Origin: an uncultured Spirochaetota bacterium
Lineage (GTDB): Bacteria; Spirochaetota; UBA4802; UBA5550
Assembly (NCBI GenBank): GCA_963827275.1
Contig: CAWHAA010000011.1
Span: forward strand, 1 to 47,537
Direction: 5' to 3'
Length of the DNA: 47,537 nt
Of the stretch, positions 7,587 through 16,996 are shown piece after piece. Numbering within the stretch: the first letter of the stretch is position 1; each line of letters begins with the position of its first letter. Position numbers and translations under genes: made by a program. Below the pieces are notes generated by a model. It saw only the letters and a list, made by a program, of their open reading frames with translations. It did no database searches and was not told the DNA's origin.

Positions 7587-9757
7587 CGCGCGTGAACCGC
7601 ACTCGGGTTTTCATCACCGGCATGGGGATAACAAGCGCCCTCGGGGAGGGCACGGACGCGAACATCGACGCGCTGAAAAACAACCGGACCGGCATCCGGC
7701 CCCTCAGCCTCTTCCCCGTGTCCGAGGGGAACCTTTTCCCGGCCGGGGAGATCGCAGGTTTCCGCGCTCCCGCCGGCCTCCCCCGCACCCATGCCCTGGC
7801 GCTCGCAACAGCGCGCCAGGCGGTCCCGGCCGGAGCGGTTCCTGACGCGGTCATCATCGGCACCACTACCGGCGGCATGCCGTCCACGGAAGAGTCTCTC
7901 AAGAAGGGAGAGACCGGGCCCGAAGCCTATCGCTTTCATTCGACATCGTCAGTAGCGGAGCTGTGCGCCGCGGAATTCGGCTGCATCGGACCGGTCATGA
8001 CCGTGACCACGGCCTGTTCTTCCGGCACCGCGGCACTCAAGCTGGCCCTTGAATTGCTGCGGAGCGGGAGGGCGCGGCGCGTCCTTGCCGGCGGCGCCGA
8101 CGCGCTCTGCCGCCTCACCTATTACGGGTTCAACTCCCTCCAGCTTCTCGACCCGGCAGGCGCGCGCCCCCTGGACCGCACCCGCCGCGGCATGAGCGTG
8201 GCGGAAGGAGCGGGCATGCTCATGCTCGAGGCGGCCGTATCACCGCCCGCTGGCGCGATTGCAGAGCTTCTCGGCGCAGGCCTCTCCTGCGACGCGTACC
8301 ATCCCGCCGCTCCGCACCCGGAAGGGGACGGGGCCCGCGCGGCCATGACACGCGCCCTCGAGGACGCGGGCTTACGGGCTGCAGACATAGGGTACATAAA
8401 CCTGCATGGCACCGGCACCGCTGACAACGACCTGGCCGAGGCCCGGGCCATCCGCGCGCTCTTCGGCGAAACCGTGCCGCCCCTCTCCTCGATCAAGGGG
8501 GCCACGGGCCACTCCCTCGCCGCTGCCGGCGCCATCGAGGCGGTCGTCTGCGCCATGGCCCTCCGGGACGGCCTCATCCCCGCGAACACCGGCTGCATCG
8601 AGCCGGACCCGGCGCTCGGTGTCATGCCCCTGCTCGCGCCCCTTGAACAAGATCCGTCCCCGGTCCTGTCCAACTCCTTCGGGTTCGGCGGCAACAACGC
8701 GTGCCTGGTTATGTCCGGCCCGGACGCAGCGCGCGTAGCGCCGGCGCGCGCGCCGATATTCAGGTTCGAGGCCGAGAGCAGCGCCTGCTTCACCGGTTCC
8801 GGAGATATTGAGCAAACAATCGCCGCGCTCATCGAAGGAAAGCTGTGCCGCGGCATGCTGCCCCTGGCCGACATATCGGGCAAACTGCCGCCCCGCGAGG
8901 TGCGCCGGCTCAAGCGTCTCCCGCGCCTCGTCATATCACTTGCCATGGAAGCGGCCGGGCGCGCCGGAAGCGAAGCAAAGCCATCATCGATCTTTTTCGG
9001 CACCGGATGGGGCCCGCTGTCCGAGACCTATGATTTTCTATCAAAGCTCTTCGAGTCGGGAGAGCAGTTCACCAGCCCCACTGATTTCGTGGGGTCCGTG
9101 CATAACGCTCCCGCGGGCCAGGCCGCCATCTGGCTTAAGGCCACCGGCGCGAACATTACCGTGACCGGCGGCGACTATTCCTTCGAGCAGGCCCTGTTTG
9201 CCGCGGCCCTCGCCGCTGGCGACGGCGAGAACCTGCTCGTAATGGGAGCTGACGAGCACCATGACATTCTTTCGACCCGGTTCGACGCGTCCGTGCGCGC
9301 GGGCGGCGCTCCCTCGGACGGAGGCGGCGCCCTCTGCCTCAGGAAAAGCAATAAGCCTGCCGGCGTCACGATAGCCCCGCACTTTTTCCAGGGCTCCCGG
9401 AACAACCGGGAGATCATCCCGGCCCTCATCGAAGCCGCAGGAGGCGCGGGCGCGATCGGGAAAAAGTATGCAGCGATTCTCGCCGGAATGCCGGCCGGCA
9501 ACAGGCAGGAGTGCGAGTACCAGTTAAGCAAGTTCATTGCCTCAACCGGTTTTAAAGGCCCGGTCGTTGACTACCGCGGCCTTATCGGGGATTTCGCCTC
9601 GGCCTCCGCCGTCGCGGCCGCGCTGGCAATCCGCTTCGCCGGGCTCGGCGAGGTCCCCGCGGCCATTGCGGGAGGCGCATCCTGCCCCGTCTCCGGCCTT
9701 AGTATCCTTATGCTGGGCCTGGGCGATTTCATCACCGCGGTAGAGATAACCGCCTGA
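7583..9757 (+). CDS. beta-ketoacyl-ACP synthase fused to a chain-length-factor-like domain
   Basis: N-half has TTACSSG, HGTGTADND, GHSLAAAG and SNSFGFGGNN. C-half has RRLKRL and SPTDFVGSVHNAPAG and lacks the catalytic Cys/His motifs. Confidence 0.88.
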   Translation: MTRVNRTRVFITGMGITSALGEGTDANIDALKNNRTGIRPLSLFPVSEGNLFPAGEIAGFRAPAGLPRTHALALATARQAVPAGAVPDAVIIGTTTGGMPSTEESLKKGETGPEAYRFHSTSSVAELCAAEFGCIGPVMTVTTACSSGTAALKLALELLRSGRARRVLAGGADALCRLTYYGFNSLQLLDPAGARPLDRTRRGMSVAEGAGMLMLEAAVSPPAGAIAELLGAGLSCDAYHPAAPHPEGDGARAAMTRALEDAGLRAADIGYINLHGTGTADNDLAEARAIRALFGETVPPLSSIKGATGHSLAAAGAIEAVVCAMALRDGLIPANTGCIEPDPALGVMPLLAPLEQDPSPVLSNSFGFGGNNACLVMSGPDAARVAPARAPIFRFEAESSACFTGSGDIEQTIAALIEGKLCRGMLPLADISGKLPPREVRRLKRLPRLVISLAMEAAGRAGSEAKPSSIFFGTGWGPLSETYDFLSKLFESGEQFTSPTDFVGSVHNAPAGQAAIWLKATGANITVTGGDYSFEQALFAAALAAGDGENLLVMGADEHHDILSTRFDASVRAGGAPSDGGGALCLRKSNKPAGVTIAPHFFQGSRNNREIIPALIEAAGGAGAIGKKYAAILAGMPAGNRQECEYQLSKFIASTGFKGPVVDYRGLIGDFASASAVAAALAIRFAGLGEVPAAIAGGASCPVSGLSILMLGLGDFITAVEITA

Positions 9758-9763
9758 GACCGC

Positions 9764-11110
9764 ATGAAAGTCCTGCTCATATCAGCAAACACCGTTCGTG
9801 TCCCCTATTGCATCTATCCCATCGGGCTTGATTATGTGGCCGGCTCCCTTTCACCGCGACATGAGGTGAAAATCGCGGACGTGAATATCGTGAACGAGAC
9901 AGCCGCTATCGGGAAGCTTGTCGACGAGTTCGGGCCTGACATCGTCGGCCTCTCCCTCCGCAACATCGACAACACTGACGCGATGGACGCGAAAGGCTTC
10001 ATACGCGCCTACCGCGAGTTGACCGACGCAGTTCGTGCACATACCTCCGCGCCTGTCGTGCTTGGCGGGAGCGGGTTCACAATATTCCCGCGGCAATTGA
10101 TGGTTGCCCTGAGCGCAGATTACGGGATAATCGGCGAGGGCGAACGCCTGGACCAGCTCCTGGACGCACTGGAACAGGGCACTGACCCTGCCCTGGTGCC
10201 GGGGATCATCATGAAAAACATACCGGAATCGAGCCCGCAGCCGCTTGTGCTGATTCCGAGGAGGAAGTTCAATCCCGGCGATCACGATCGCTTTTACATC
10301 GACCGGGGCGGCATGCTTAATCTGCAGAGCAAAAGGGGCTGCGGGTACAATTGCGTGTACTGCACCTATCCCCGCATCGAGGGGAGCGACCTCCGCCTTA
10401 TACCGGCTGACGAGGTTGCCGCCACCGCGCTCGAGCTTGAGCGGGCGGGCGCAAAATATTTTTTCATAACAGACTCGGTCTTCAACGGCAGCTACGAGCA
10501 CAGCCGCGAGGTGGCCCGCTCTTTTAAGAAGCAGGGCCTCTCGATCCCCTGGGGCGCCTTTTTCGCGCCCACGCGCCCCCCCGCCGGGTACTACGAGGAG
10601 CTGCGAGACGCGGGCCTGACGCACGTCGAGTTCGGGACCGAGGCGCTGTCGGACCGGATGCTCGCGGCGCTCAGAAAGCCGTTCAATGCCGGCGACGTGC
10701 TCGCAGCGCACGAATCGGCCCGCGGCGCCGCCCTCTACATCGCCCATTACCTCCTGCTCGGCGGGCCGGGCGAGAGCCGGGACACGGTTGCCGAGACGAT
10801 TGAAAACGCAAAGCGCCTTGAAAAATGCGTCATCTTCTTTTTTTGCGGCATACGGATATACCCCCATACCGCGCTCTACGACATCGCGCTCGCAGAAGGC
10901 CAGATTTCCGCGTCCGACGACCTGCTCGAACCCGTGTTCTACCAGTCGAAGGATATCGGAAGCAGGGAGATAAACCGCGTGGTCTCCGAGGAGGGCGCGG
11001 GACGGGAGAACTGGTTCGTCGGATCGGGCGGGAGAAGAAGCGCGCGGCTGGTCGCCCGCCTTCACAAACAGGGACACACCGGCCCCCTCTGGGAGCACAT
11101 GATCAGATGA
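9764..11110 (+). CDS. lipid biosynthesis B12-binding radical SAM protein
   Basis: YPIGLDYV, GLSLRNIDN, VVLGGSGF, QSKRGCGYNCVYCTYP and GIRIYPHT; recalled resemblance to the family found in anammox/Desulfotalea lipid islands. Confidence 0.85.
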   Translation: MKVLLISANTVRVPYCIYPIGLDYVAGSLSPRHEVKIADVNIVNETAAIGKLVDEFGPDIVGLSLRNIDNTDAMDAKGFIRAYRELTDAVRAHTSAPVVLGGSGFTIFPRQLMVALSADYGIIGEGERLDQLLDALEQGTDPALVPGIIMKNIPESSPQPLVLIPRRKFNPGDHDRFYIDRGGMLNLQSKRGCGYNCVYCTYPRIEGSDLRLIPADEVAATALELERAGAKYFFITDSVFNGSYEHSREVARSFKKQGLSIPWGAFFAPTRPPAGYYEELRDAGLTHVEFGTEALSDRMLAALRKPFNAGDVLAAHESARGAALYIAHYLLLGGPGESRDTVAETIENAKRLEKCVIFFFCGIRIYPHTALYDIALAEGQISASDDLLEPVFYQSKDIGSREINRVVSEEGAGRENWFVGSGGRRSARLVARLHKQGHTGPLWEHMIR

Positions 11111-12555
11111 GACGGGGACCTGCAATCGCCCCCATCGCGCCGGCGCACCTGGTCGGGCTCGGCGCTCTCCAGGCCGCGGCGCTGCTTGCCTGTGTCGACA
11201 CGCGCCTGGCCGCTCTGCCGCTTGGCATCTTTCTCTTCCTGTGCTTTGCTGCGCCCTTTTTCCCGCGCTCCGGCTTCTACCTTCCCGTGATATACCGGGG
11301 ACCGGCGCGCGGCCGGGCCGTCAGCCTCACCTTCGACGACGGTCCCGACCCGGCCGTAACGCCCGCTCTCCTCGAACTTCTCGCGAAGCACGGGGCCAGC
11401 GCTGCTTTTTTCGTCACCGGCAGGCGCGCCGCAGCGAGACCGGACCTGGTCCGCATGATCCTTGAACGGGGGCACGAGATCGGCAACCACTCGTATAATC
11501 ATTCGCCGCTCCTCATGTTCCGGTCCACGGACGCAATACGCAAAGAGATCGCCGGTACGCAGGAGGCCCTGGCCCGGCTCGGCGTAACGCCGCTCGCCTT
11601 CCGCCCCCCGGTCGGGGTCACGGGCCCGCGGCTCTGGCGGCCGCTCCTCGAGTCCGGCATGTTCTGCGTCAATTTCAGCCGCCGCGCCCGCGACGCCGGC
11701 AACCGCCGGGTCCGCGGCCTCTCGAAAAGGATCGCGCGGCGCGTCCGGCCGGGCGACATCGTGCTCCTGCACGACGTGGCCCCCTCGAAGGACTTCGATG
11801 TCCGGTCGTGGCTCGGCGAGATCGAGGCGCTCATCGTTTCACTCAAAGACCGCGGGTTCGAGATCCTTCCGCTCTCGTCCCTGATCGGCAGGCCGGTCAT
11901 GCAGGCGGCCGCCGCTCCGTCGCCCGCGGCCCTTTTCTACGGATCCATAGCCGGGTCCTACGACAAGGAGCGGCAGCGCCACGCCGCGTGGGCAAAAGAA
12001 CGGGACCTCTTCGAGTCTAATCTCCTGCCCCTCCTCACCCGGAGCCACGACGTGCTCGAGCTTGGCGCCGGCACCGGCCTCTTTACCATACCGATTGCGC
12101 GCAGGTGCGGTCATGTCACGGCAGTCGAGCTCTCTCCTCTCATGGCGGGCATACTGAAACACAAGGCGGAGCGGGAAAACCTGGGAAACATCGACTGGTT
12201 GATCGGCGACATCGAGCAGCTCGATGCAGGCGGCCCGTATGACGCGATCTGCTCATTCTCGGCCCTCGAGTATGTCGCGGATACCGGCGCCCTGTTCGCG
12301 CGGCTCTCCCCGCAATTGAAGCCAGGCGGCGTTCTCTACATGACCACAGCGCGCAGGTCCCTTTTCCGCTTCTTCACCCAGGTCGGCAACGCCCTGCGCC
12401 AGGGACTCTGGCTGCGCGCACAATCGCGACGATCCATAGAAAAAGCGCTCGCTTCCGCAGGTTTCAGGTCCAGGCTGGTCTCGGCACACGTCTTTAAATT
12501 CGGCCCCTTCGGAGGGATGCTCTTTGAGGTGATAGCGAAAAAAGGGGTGCGGTAA
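11107..12555 (+). CDS. polysaccharide deacetylase (NodB-type) fused to class I SAM methyltransferase
   Basis: ATGA overlap with upstream gene; N-terminal hydrophobic segments; LTFDDGP, GNHSYNH, FRPPVG and IVLLHD, then VLELGAGTG. Confidence 0.85.
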   Translation: MRRGPAIAPIAPAHLVGLGALQAAALLACVDTRLAALPLGIFLFLCFAAPFFPRSGFYLPVIYRGPARGRAVSLTFDDGPDPAVTPALLELLAKHGASAAFFVTGRRAAARPDLVRMILERGHEIGNHSYNHSPLLMFRSTDAIRKEIAGTQEALARLGVTPLAFRPPVGVTGPRLWRPLLESGMFCVNFSRRARDAGNRRVRGLSKRIARRVRPGDIVLLHDVAPSKDFDVRSWLGEIEALIVSLKDRGFEILPLSSLIGRPVMQAAAAPSPAALFYGSIAGSYDKERQRHAAWAKERDLFESNLLPLLTRSHDVLELGAGTGLFTIPIARRCGHVTAVELSPLMAGILKHKAERENLGNIDWLIGDIEQLDAGGPYDAICSFSALEYVADTGALFARLSPQLKPGGVLYMTTARRSLFRFFTQVGNALRQGLWLRAQSRRSIEKALASAGFRSRLVSAHVFKFGPFGGMLFEVIAKKGVR

Positions 12556-12655
12556 CCGGGTCTTTTTTCCTTGACAACAGGTACGGGCTTTTATTCTAGT
12601 TATATTCATTTTATAAAGTTGCCATATACTGAAAGAAATCCGGAATTATCATATA

Positions 12656-13027
12656 ATGGAACATCAGTGGCATTGTGTGCAAAATCCAAGAGAGGACGGC
12701 CCGCACGAGCTCTCCGCCGAAGCGACCCCGGGACGGGACTCGCTCTGGTTTGACGGTCATTTTCCGGGCGCTCCCATCCTGCCGGGGATAGCGCAACTGG
12801 GCATGGTTTCTGACCTGCTGAAATGGCGGGCGGGAAAACAGGGGGCTGCTGTCGCTATCTCTTCATTTTCCAGGGTGCGGTTCCGGCAGTTCATCCGTCC
12901 CGATGACACCGTGGCCGTGACGATTACGGCTGGGGGCGACGGCCCCTCGGCGTACAAATTCAGAATCGTTGTGAAGGGACAGCTTGCGTGCAGCGGACAG
13001 TTCAGGACGGCGGGGACCGCCGAATGA
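12656..13027 (+). CDS. FabZ/ApeI-like hotdog dehydratase
   Basis: WFDGHFPGAPILPGIAQL and VRFRQFIRP motifs. Confidence 0.82.
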   Translation: MEHQWHCVQNPREDGPHELSAEATPGRDSLWFDGHFPGAPILPGIAQLGMVSDLLKWRAGKQGAAVAISSFSRVRFRQFIRPDDTVAVTITAGGDGPSAYKFRIVVKGQLACSGQFRTAGTAE

Positions 13028-13065
13028 ACGCATCAACGATGAAATAACGAAAGAGGAGGAACCTC

Positions 13066-13323
13066 ATGGCTGATAAAAAAATGATCCTTCGCGTCGCGGA
13101 GATCCTGATCGAAGAGCTGAAGCTAGAAGACGTGACGCCGCAAAACTTCGACCCGGAGATCGACCTGGTCGACGAAATGGGGATCGACAGCATGGACCTG
13201 ACCACGGTGGTCCTGGTGCTCCAGGACGAATACGCCATATCAATCGATGAAGACGATTACCCGAAGCTTAAGACCGTTCGGTTAATCGCCGAATACATCG
13301 ATCAAAAGTTGAATGAAAAGTGA
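13066..13323 (+). CDS. acyl carrier protein
   Basis: 85 aa, acidic; MGIDSMDL site; AGAGGAGG RBS. Confidence 0.92.
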   Translation: MADKKMILRVAEILIEELKLEDVTPQNFDPEIDLVDEMGIDSMDLTTVVLVLQDEYAISIDEDDYPKLKTVRLIAEYIDQKLNEK

Positions 13324-13381
13324 ACATTCGGTATATTGACTTCACTACCCGGCGCCGGTCCGGGAGCGGGATGAGTCAGTC

Positions 13382-14476
13382 ATGAACGTCAAACAGGCAC
13401 CCGTCCTTGCGGCGGAAAATAACGCCGCCGGCAACAAGATGAAATTCTCGCAGATCATCGCGGACCCGGCCGTGCGCGAGCGGTGGGAGAAAGTACGCCG
13501 CTGGTTTTTTCTCCGCGAGTCGACCTACGACATGACCAACCGGTGCAATATCCGGTGTGACGGGTGCTATTACTACGAAGGCGAGAAGCAGTTCGCGAAG
13601 GAAAATGGCACGCCGGAAGACTGGCGCGATCTCATGGAGAGGGAGAAGGAGCGCGGCATCACCTACGTCGTCCTGGCCGGCGCCGAGCCTTCCCTGGTCC
13701 CGGAGCTTTGCCAGACCTGCTACGATGTCGTACCCCTGGGCTGCATCGCCTCCAACGGCTTCAAGCGGATCCCGGAAAGCGTCGGATACAAGATACACAT
13801 CTCCGTGTGGGGAAACGACGACACGAGCCGGCGCATCCGGAGCGCGAAGGACCTGCTGCTGAAGCAGATCGACAATTACCGGAACGACCCGCGCGCCGTG
13901 TGGGTATACACCTTCACGCGGGAGAACATCGACGAGATATACGCTGTGATGGAAGCCCTGTCGAACAACGGCTGCAGGGCAACCTTCAACATGTTTTCCG
14001 CTCCGGTGGGATATACGGGCCCGCTCCGGCACGATGCCGGGTCGCTCGCCCGCACCCGCGAGGTCATGCTGGACGTCCTTGCGAAATTCCCGGAGCACGT
14101 CCTTTATTCGCCTTACAACGCGGTGGCCCACACCCACCGGCTTGGCCTGCATGACCTGTACGCCTGCTCCTACCCGCGGATGAACCCGTCGACCGATATC
14201 GGGCTCGGCAGGTCCTTCCGCCAGTACCGAACGGACCTTACCTGGGACCGGGGCGTGGCCTGCTGCGTGCCGGACACGGACTGCCCCGACTGCCGTCACT
14301 ACGCCGCCGGAAGCGCGGTGGTGACCGCGCGGCTCTACCGCCACGGCTCGGACCCGGAAGCCTTCAGGGCCTGGCTCGACTACGTGGACACCTATCTCGC
14401 GGTCTGGGTCATGGGGTACGAGAAGGGGAAAAACCTGCTGGACCGCCCGACGCCGCCTCCCGGGTTCGAGCTGTAG
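13382..14476 (+). CDS. radical SAM protein (tandem pair, first)
   Basis: TNRCNIRCDGCYYY, LAGAEP and C-terminal CCVPDTDCPDC. Start could instead be the downstream ATG (MKFSQII). Confidence 0.85.
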   Translation: MNVKQAPVLAAENNAAGNKMKFSQIIADPAVRERWEKVRRWFFLRESTYDMTNRCNIRCDGCYYYEGEKQFAKENGTPEDWRDLMEREKERGITYVVLAGAEPSLVPELCQTCYDVVPLGCIASNGFKRIPESVGYKIHISVWGNDDTSRRIRSAKDLLLKQIDNYRNDPRAVWVYTFTRENIDEIYAVMEALSNNGCRATFNMFSAPVGYTGPLRHDAGSLARTREVMLDVLAKFPEHVLYSPYNAVAHTHRLGLHDLYACSYPRMNPSTDIGLGRSFRQYRTDLTWDRGVACCVPDTDCPDCRHYAAGSAVVTARLYRHGSDPEAFRAWLDYVDTYLAVWVMGYEKGKNLLDRPTPPPGFEL

Positions 14477-14524
14477 GCGGCGGTTGCTCACTTAAAACGC
14501 AAGTAAATAATCGAGGAGAAATCC

Positions 14525-15523
14525 ATGAACACCGTCAGTTCATTGCTTGATACAGAATGGCATGAGCGATACCGCCGCATAGCCACGCTCAACATACGGA
14601 GCTCCATCTACGACGTGACCAACAACTGCAACCTCCGGTGCAAGGGGTGCTTCTTCTTCTCGTCCGACGAACACAAGAAATCGCCGGACGAGCCGGACAT
14701 CCGCAAGTGGGAGGAGTTCATCGACAAGGAAAAGGAGCGCGGCGTCAACCTGGCGATCCTGATCGGCGGCGAGCCGACCCTCTTCCTGGACCGGGTGGAG
14801 GCCTTCTACAAGCGGCTGCCCACCTACTGCGCCACCAATGGCATCATCAAGGCCCCGCGCGACCGGTTCCCGGACATGATGGTGGGCATATCCCTGTGGG
14901 GCGACGAGGAGGACGAGAAGACCCTCCGCGGCCGCGACACCTTCTCGATCTCCCGGAAGAACTACGAGGGCGACCCGTACGCCTATTACCTGTACACGAT
15001 AACGCCGAAACAGATCGGGAAAACCGAGCGTATAATCAAGAAGATCGCGGACGCCGGCCTCAAGGTGCACATGCAGCTCCTCTCTAACGACGAAGACGTG
15101 GACGGCTTTTCCTGGACCGAACAGGAACTCGCCGCCATCCGGGACGAGATGGACGCCATGCTCGGGAAATACCCGGACACGGTCATATCCTCGAAATACT
15201 ACCATGAAATAATTACCACCGGGAAGATGCTCGGACGGCCCTTCGGCTGGAACGAGTGCCCCTCCGTGACCAAGCCGCTGGACAGGCGGGACCCACAGCC
15301 GAAGCGCCTCATCGAGTTCATCCGGTGGGCCGCTGACCTCAAGACCATGCACCGCTGCTGCACCTCCGAGACGCGGGACTGTTCCACCTGCAAGGACGGC
15401 GCGGCCCACATGAGTTGGGTAATGGTTAACAAGCGCGCCCACATGCGCTCGACCAGGGATTTACAAAACTGGATCGAGGTGTACGAAATGTTCGCGAAAC
15501 TGTACAAGTTTATACCCTGGTAA
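14525..15523 (+). CDS. radical SAM protein (tandem pair, second)
   Basis: TNNCNLRCKGCFFF, IGGEP, ATNG and C-terminal CCTSETRDCSTC; GAGGAG RBS. Confidence 0.87.
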   Translation: MNTVSSLLDTEWHERYRRIATLNIRSSIYDVTNNCNLRCKGCFFFSSDEHKKSPDEPDIRKWEEFIDKEKERGVNLAILIGGEPTLFLDRVEAFYKRLPTYCATNGIIKAPRDRFPDMMVGISLWGDEEDEKTLRGRDTFSISRKNYEGDPYAYYLYTITPKQIGKTERIIKKIADAGLKVHMQLLSNDEDVDGFSWTEQELAAIRDEMDAMLGKYPDTVISSKYYHEIITTGKMLGRPFGWNECPSVTKPLDRRDPQPKRLIEFIRWAADLKTMHRCCTSETRDCSTCKDGAAHMSWVMVNKRAHMRSTRDLQNWIEVYEMFAKLYKFIPW

Positions 15524-15723
15524 CCCCCCCGTCCCCTAAAGGGGGCGAGCAGGAACGAGCTTCATCGTATTGTATTATTGAATATGAGATACTTATGATG
15601 AGGAGGCGGTGGGGTTTAATAAAGTCGGATTTACATTAGTTTCAATAAAATGATTGGGCTTCTCGGCTTTCATAGTATTAACTTTGAACTCAGTACCCGT
15701 GCCCCCTCCGGGGGACAGGGGGG
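15524..15723. repeat. inverted-repeat-bounded AT-rich element with GC-rich hairpin ends
   Basis: Left CCCCCCCGTCCCCTAAAGGGGGC (15524-15546); right GCCCCCTCCGGGGGACAGGGGGG (15701-15723), reverse complement CCCCCCTGTCCCCCGGAGGGGGC. Confidence 0.72.
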
Positions 15724-15732
15724 ACGCGGCAC

Positions 15733-16989
15733 ATGAATGGAAATGACAACAGACAACCGGTAATTCTTGGATATGACCTGGTCTCCCCCCTGGGAACAGA
15801 CCTTGCCTCCCAGTGGGAGCGCGCCGCCCGCGGCGAAAGCGGCGTGGCCGCGCTGACCCGCTTCCCCTACGACGAAAACTTCCCGGTGCGTATAGCCGGC
15901 CAGGTCGGGGAGATCGACACCGCTCCCTACCCGTTCCTCGCTCCGCGCGAGATGGCGCACTGGACCTCGCCGATTTACCGGCACGCTATGCTCGTGGTGC
16001 ACCGCGCACTGGCCGCAAGCGGCGTGGAGATCACGCCGGAGCTCGCGCCCCGTGTGGGCATCACCTTCAGCACTGCCGTGGGCGGGCTGGACGCGGTCAT
16101 TGCGGCGGACCGGCTCATGGTGAAAGACGGGAAGTCGCCCCATCCCTTCACCAACCCCAATTCCTGCATCAACATGGTCGGCGGCAAGGTCTCGATCCTG
16201 ACCGGCGCGACCGGACCCATAACCGCGACGATCACCGCGTGCGCGACCGGCGCGACCTCCATGATCATCGGCTCGATGTTCCTGCGCCAGGGAATAGCAG
16301 ACGCGGTGATCTGCGGCGCGGTGGACTTCCCGCTCGTAGAGCCTATCGTGGCCGGCTTCGCCTCGATGAACGGGGCGTACAAGCATAAAAAGGAGCAGCC
16401 GGAGGAGCCCTCTGCGGCAAGCAGGCCTTTTTCCGCGAACAGGCGCGGCTTCATCGTGTCCGAAGGCGCGGCAGCGGTCATCATCGCGACGCGGGAGTTC
16501 GCCGAGGCGCACGGCCTTCCCTACGCGTTCGAGATAGCGGGATGGAGCATGACCTCGGACGCGTACCACTTCGTGGCGCCAAACCCCGCCACGGTCACCC
16601 GCTGCGTCGGGGAGAGCCTGGCCGCGGCCGGCATAGGACCGGCGGACATAGCCGCGGTAAACGCGCACGGCACCTCGACCAGGATCGGCGACAAGGTTGA
16701 GCATGACGCCCTTTCAGCCGTGTTCGCCGGAAAAATCCCGCCCGTGTCCGCGAACAAATCGCAGATCGGGCACGCCATGGGCGCCTCGAGCGGCATGGAA
16801 TCCGTTTTCGCGCTCGAGGGCATGAGACGGAGCACGCTCCTACCCACCATCAACTACTCGCCCGACCCGGAGATCCCGGTCGACTGCGTGCCCGAGGGCG
16901 CACGCCCGCTCTCGCAGGAGTTCGTCCTCAAAAACGCCTTCGGCTTCGGCGGGTGCAACTCCTGCATCGTGTTCCGCCGCGTTCAGTAA
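15733..16989 (+). CDS. fabF: beta-ketoacyl-ACP synthase II family protein
   Basis: TACATG, SRPF, NAHGTST, KSQIGHAMGA and NAFGFGG; catalytic Cys-His-His intact. Confidence 0.9.
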   Translation: MNGNDNRQPVILGYDLVSPLGTDLASQWERAARGESGVAALTRFPYDENFPVRIAGQVGEIDTAPYPFLAPREMAHWTSPIYRHAMLVVHRALAASGVEITPELAPRVGITFSTAVGGLDAVIAADRLMVKDGKSPHPFTNPNSCINMVGGKVSILTGATGPITATITACATGATSMIIGSMFLRQGIADAVICGAVDFPLVEPIVAGFASMNGAYKHKKEQPEEPSAASRPFSANRRGFIVSEGAAAVIIATREFAEAHGLPYAFEIAGWSMTSDAYHFVAPNPATVTRCVGESLAAAGIGPADIAAVNAHGTSTRIGDKVEHDALSAVFAGKIPPVSANKSQIGHAMGASSGMESVFALEGMRRSTLLPTINYSPDPEIPVDCVPEGARPLSQEFVLKNAFGFGGCNSCIVFRRVQ

Positions 16990-16996
16990 GTTCTTT

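Noticed and set aside
10825..11106. N-terminal extension giving a 576-aa deacetylase
   Set aside because: Arg-rich off-frame overlap with the radical SAM gene; the ATGA-coupled start at 11107 is more plausible.
12571..12660. Internal sigma70 promoter (TTGACA 12571, TATAAT 12652)
   Set aside because: The boxes do not pair at a normal 16-18 bp spacing; a promoter is plausible in this AT-rich gap but cannot be placed.
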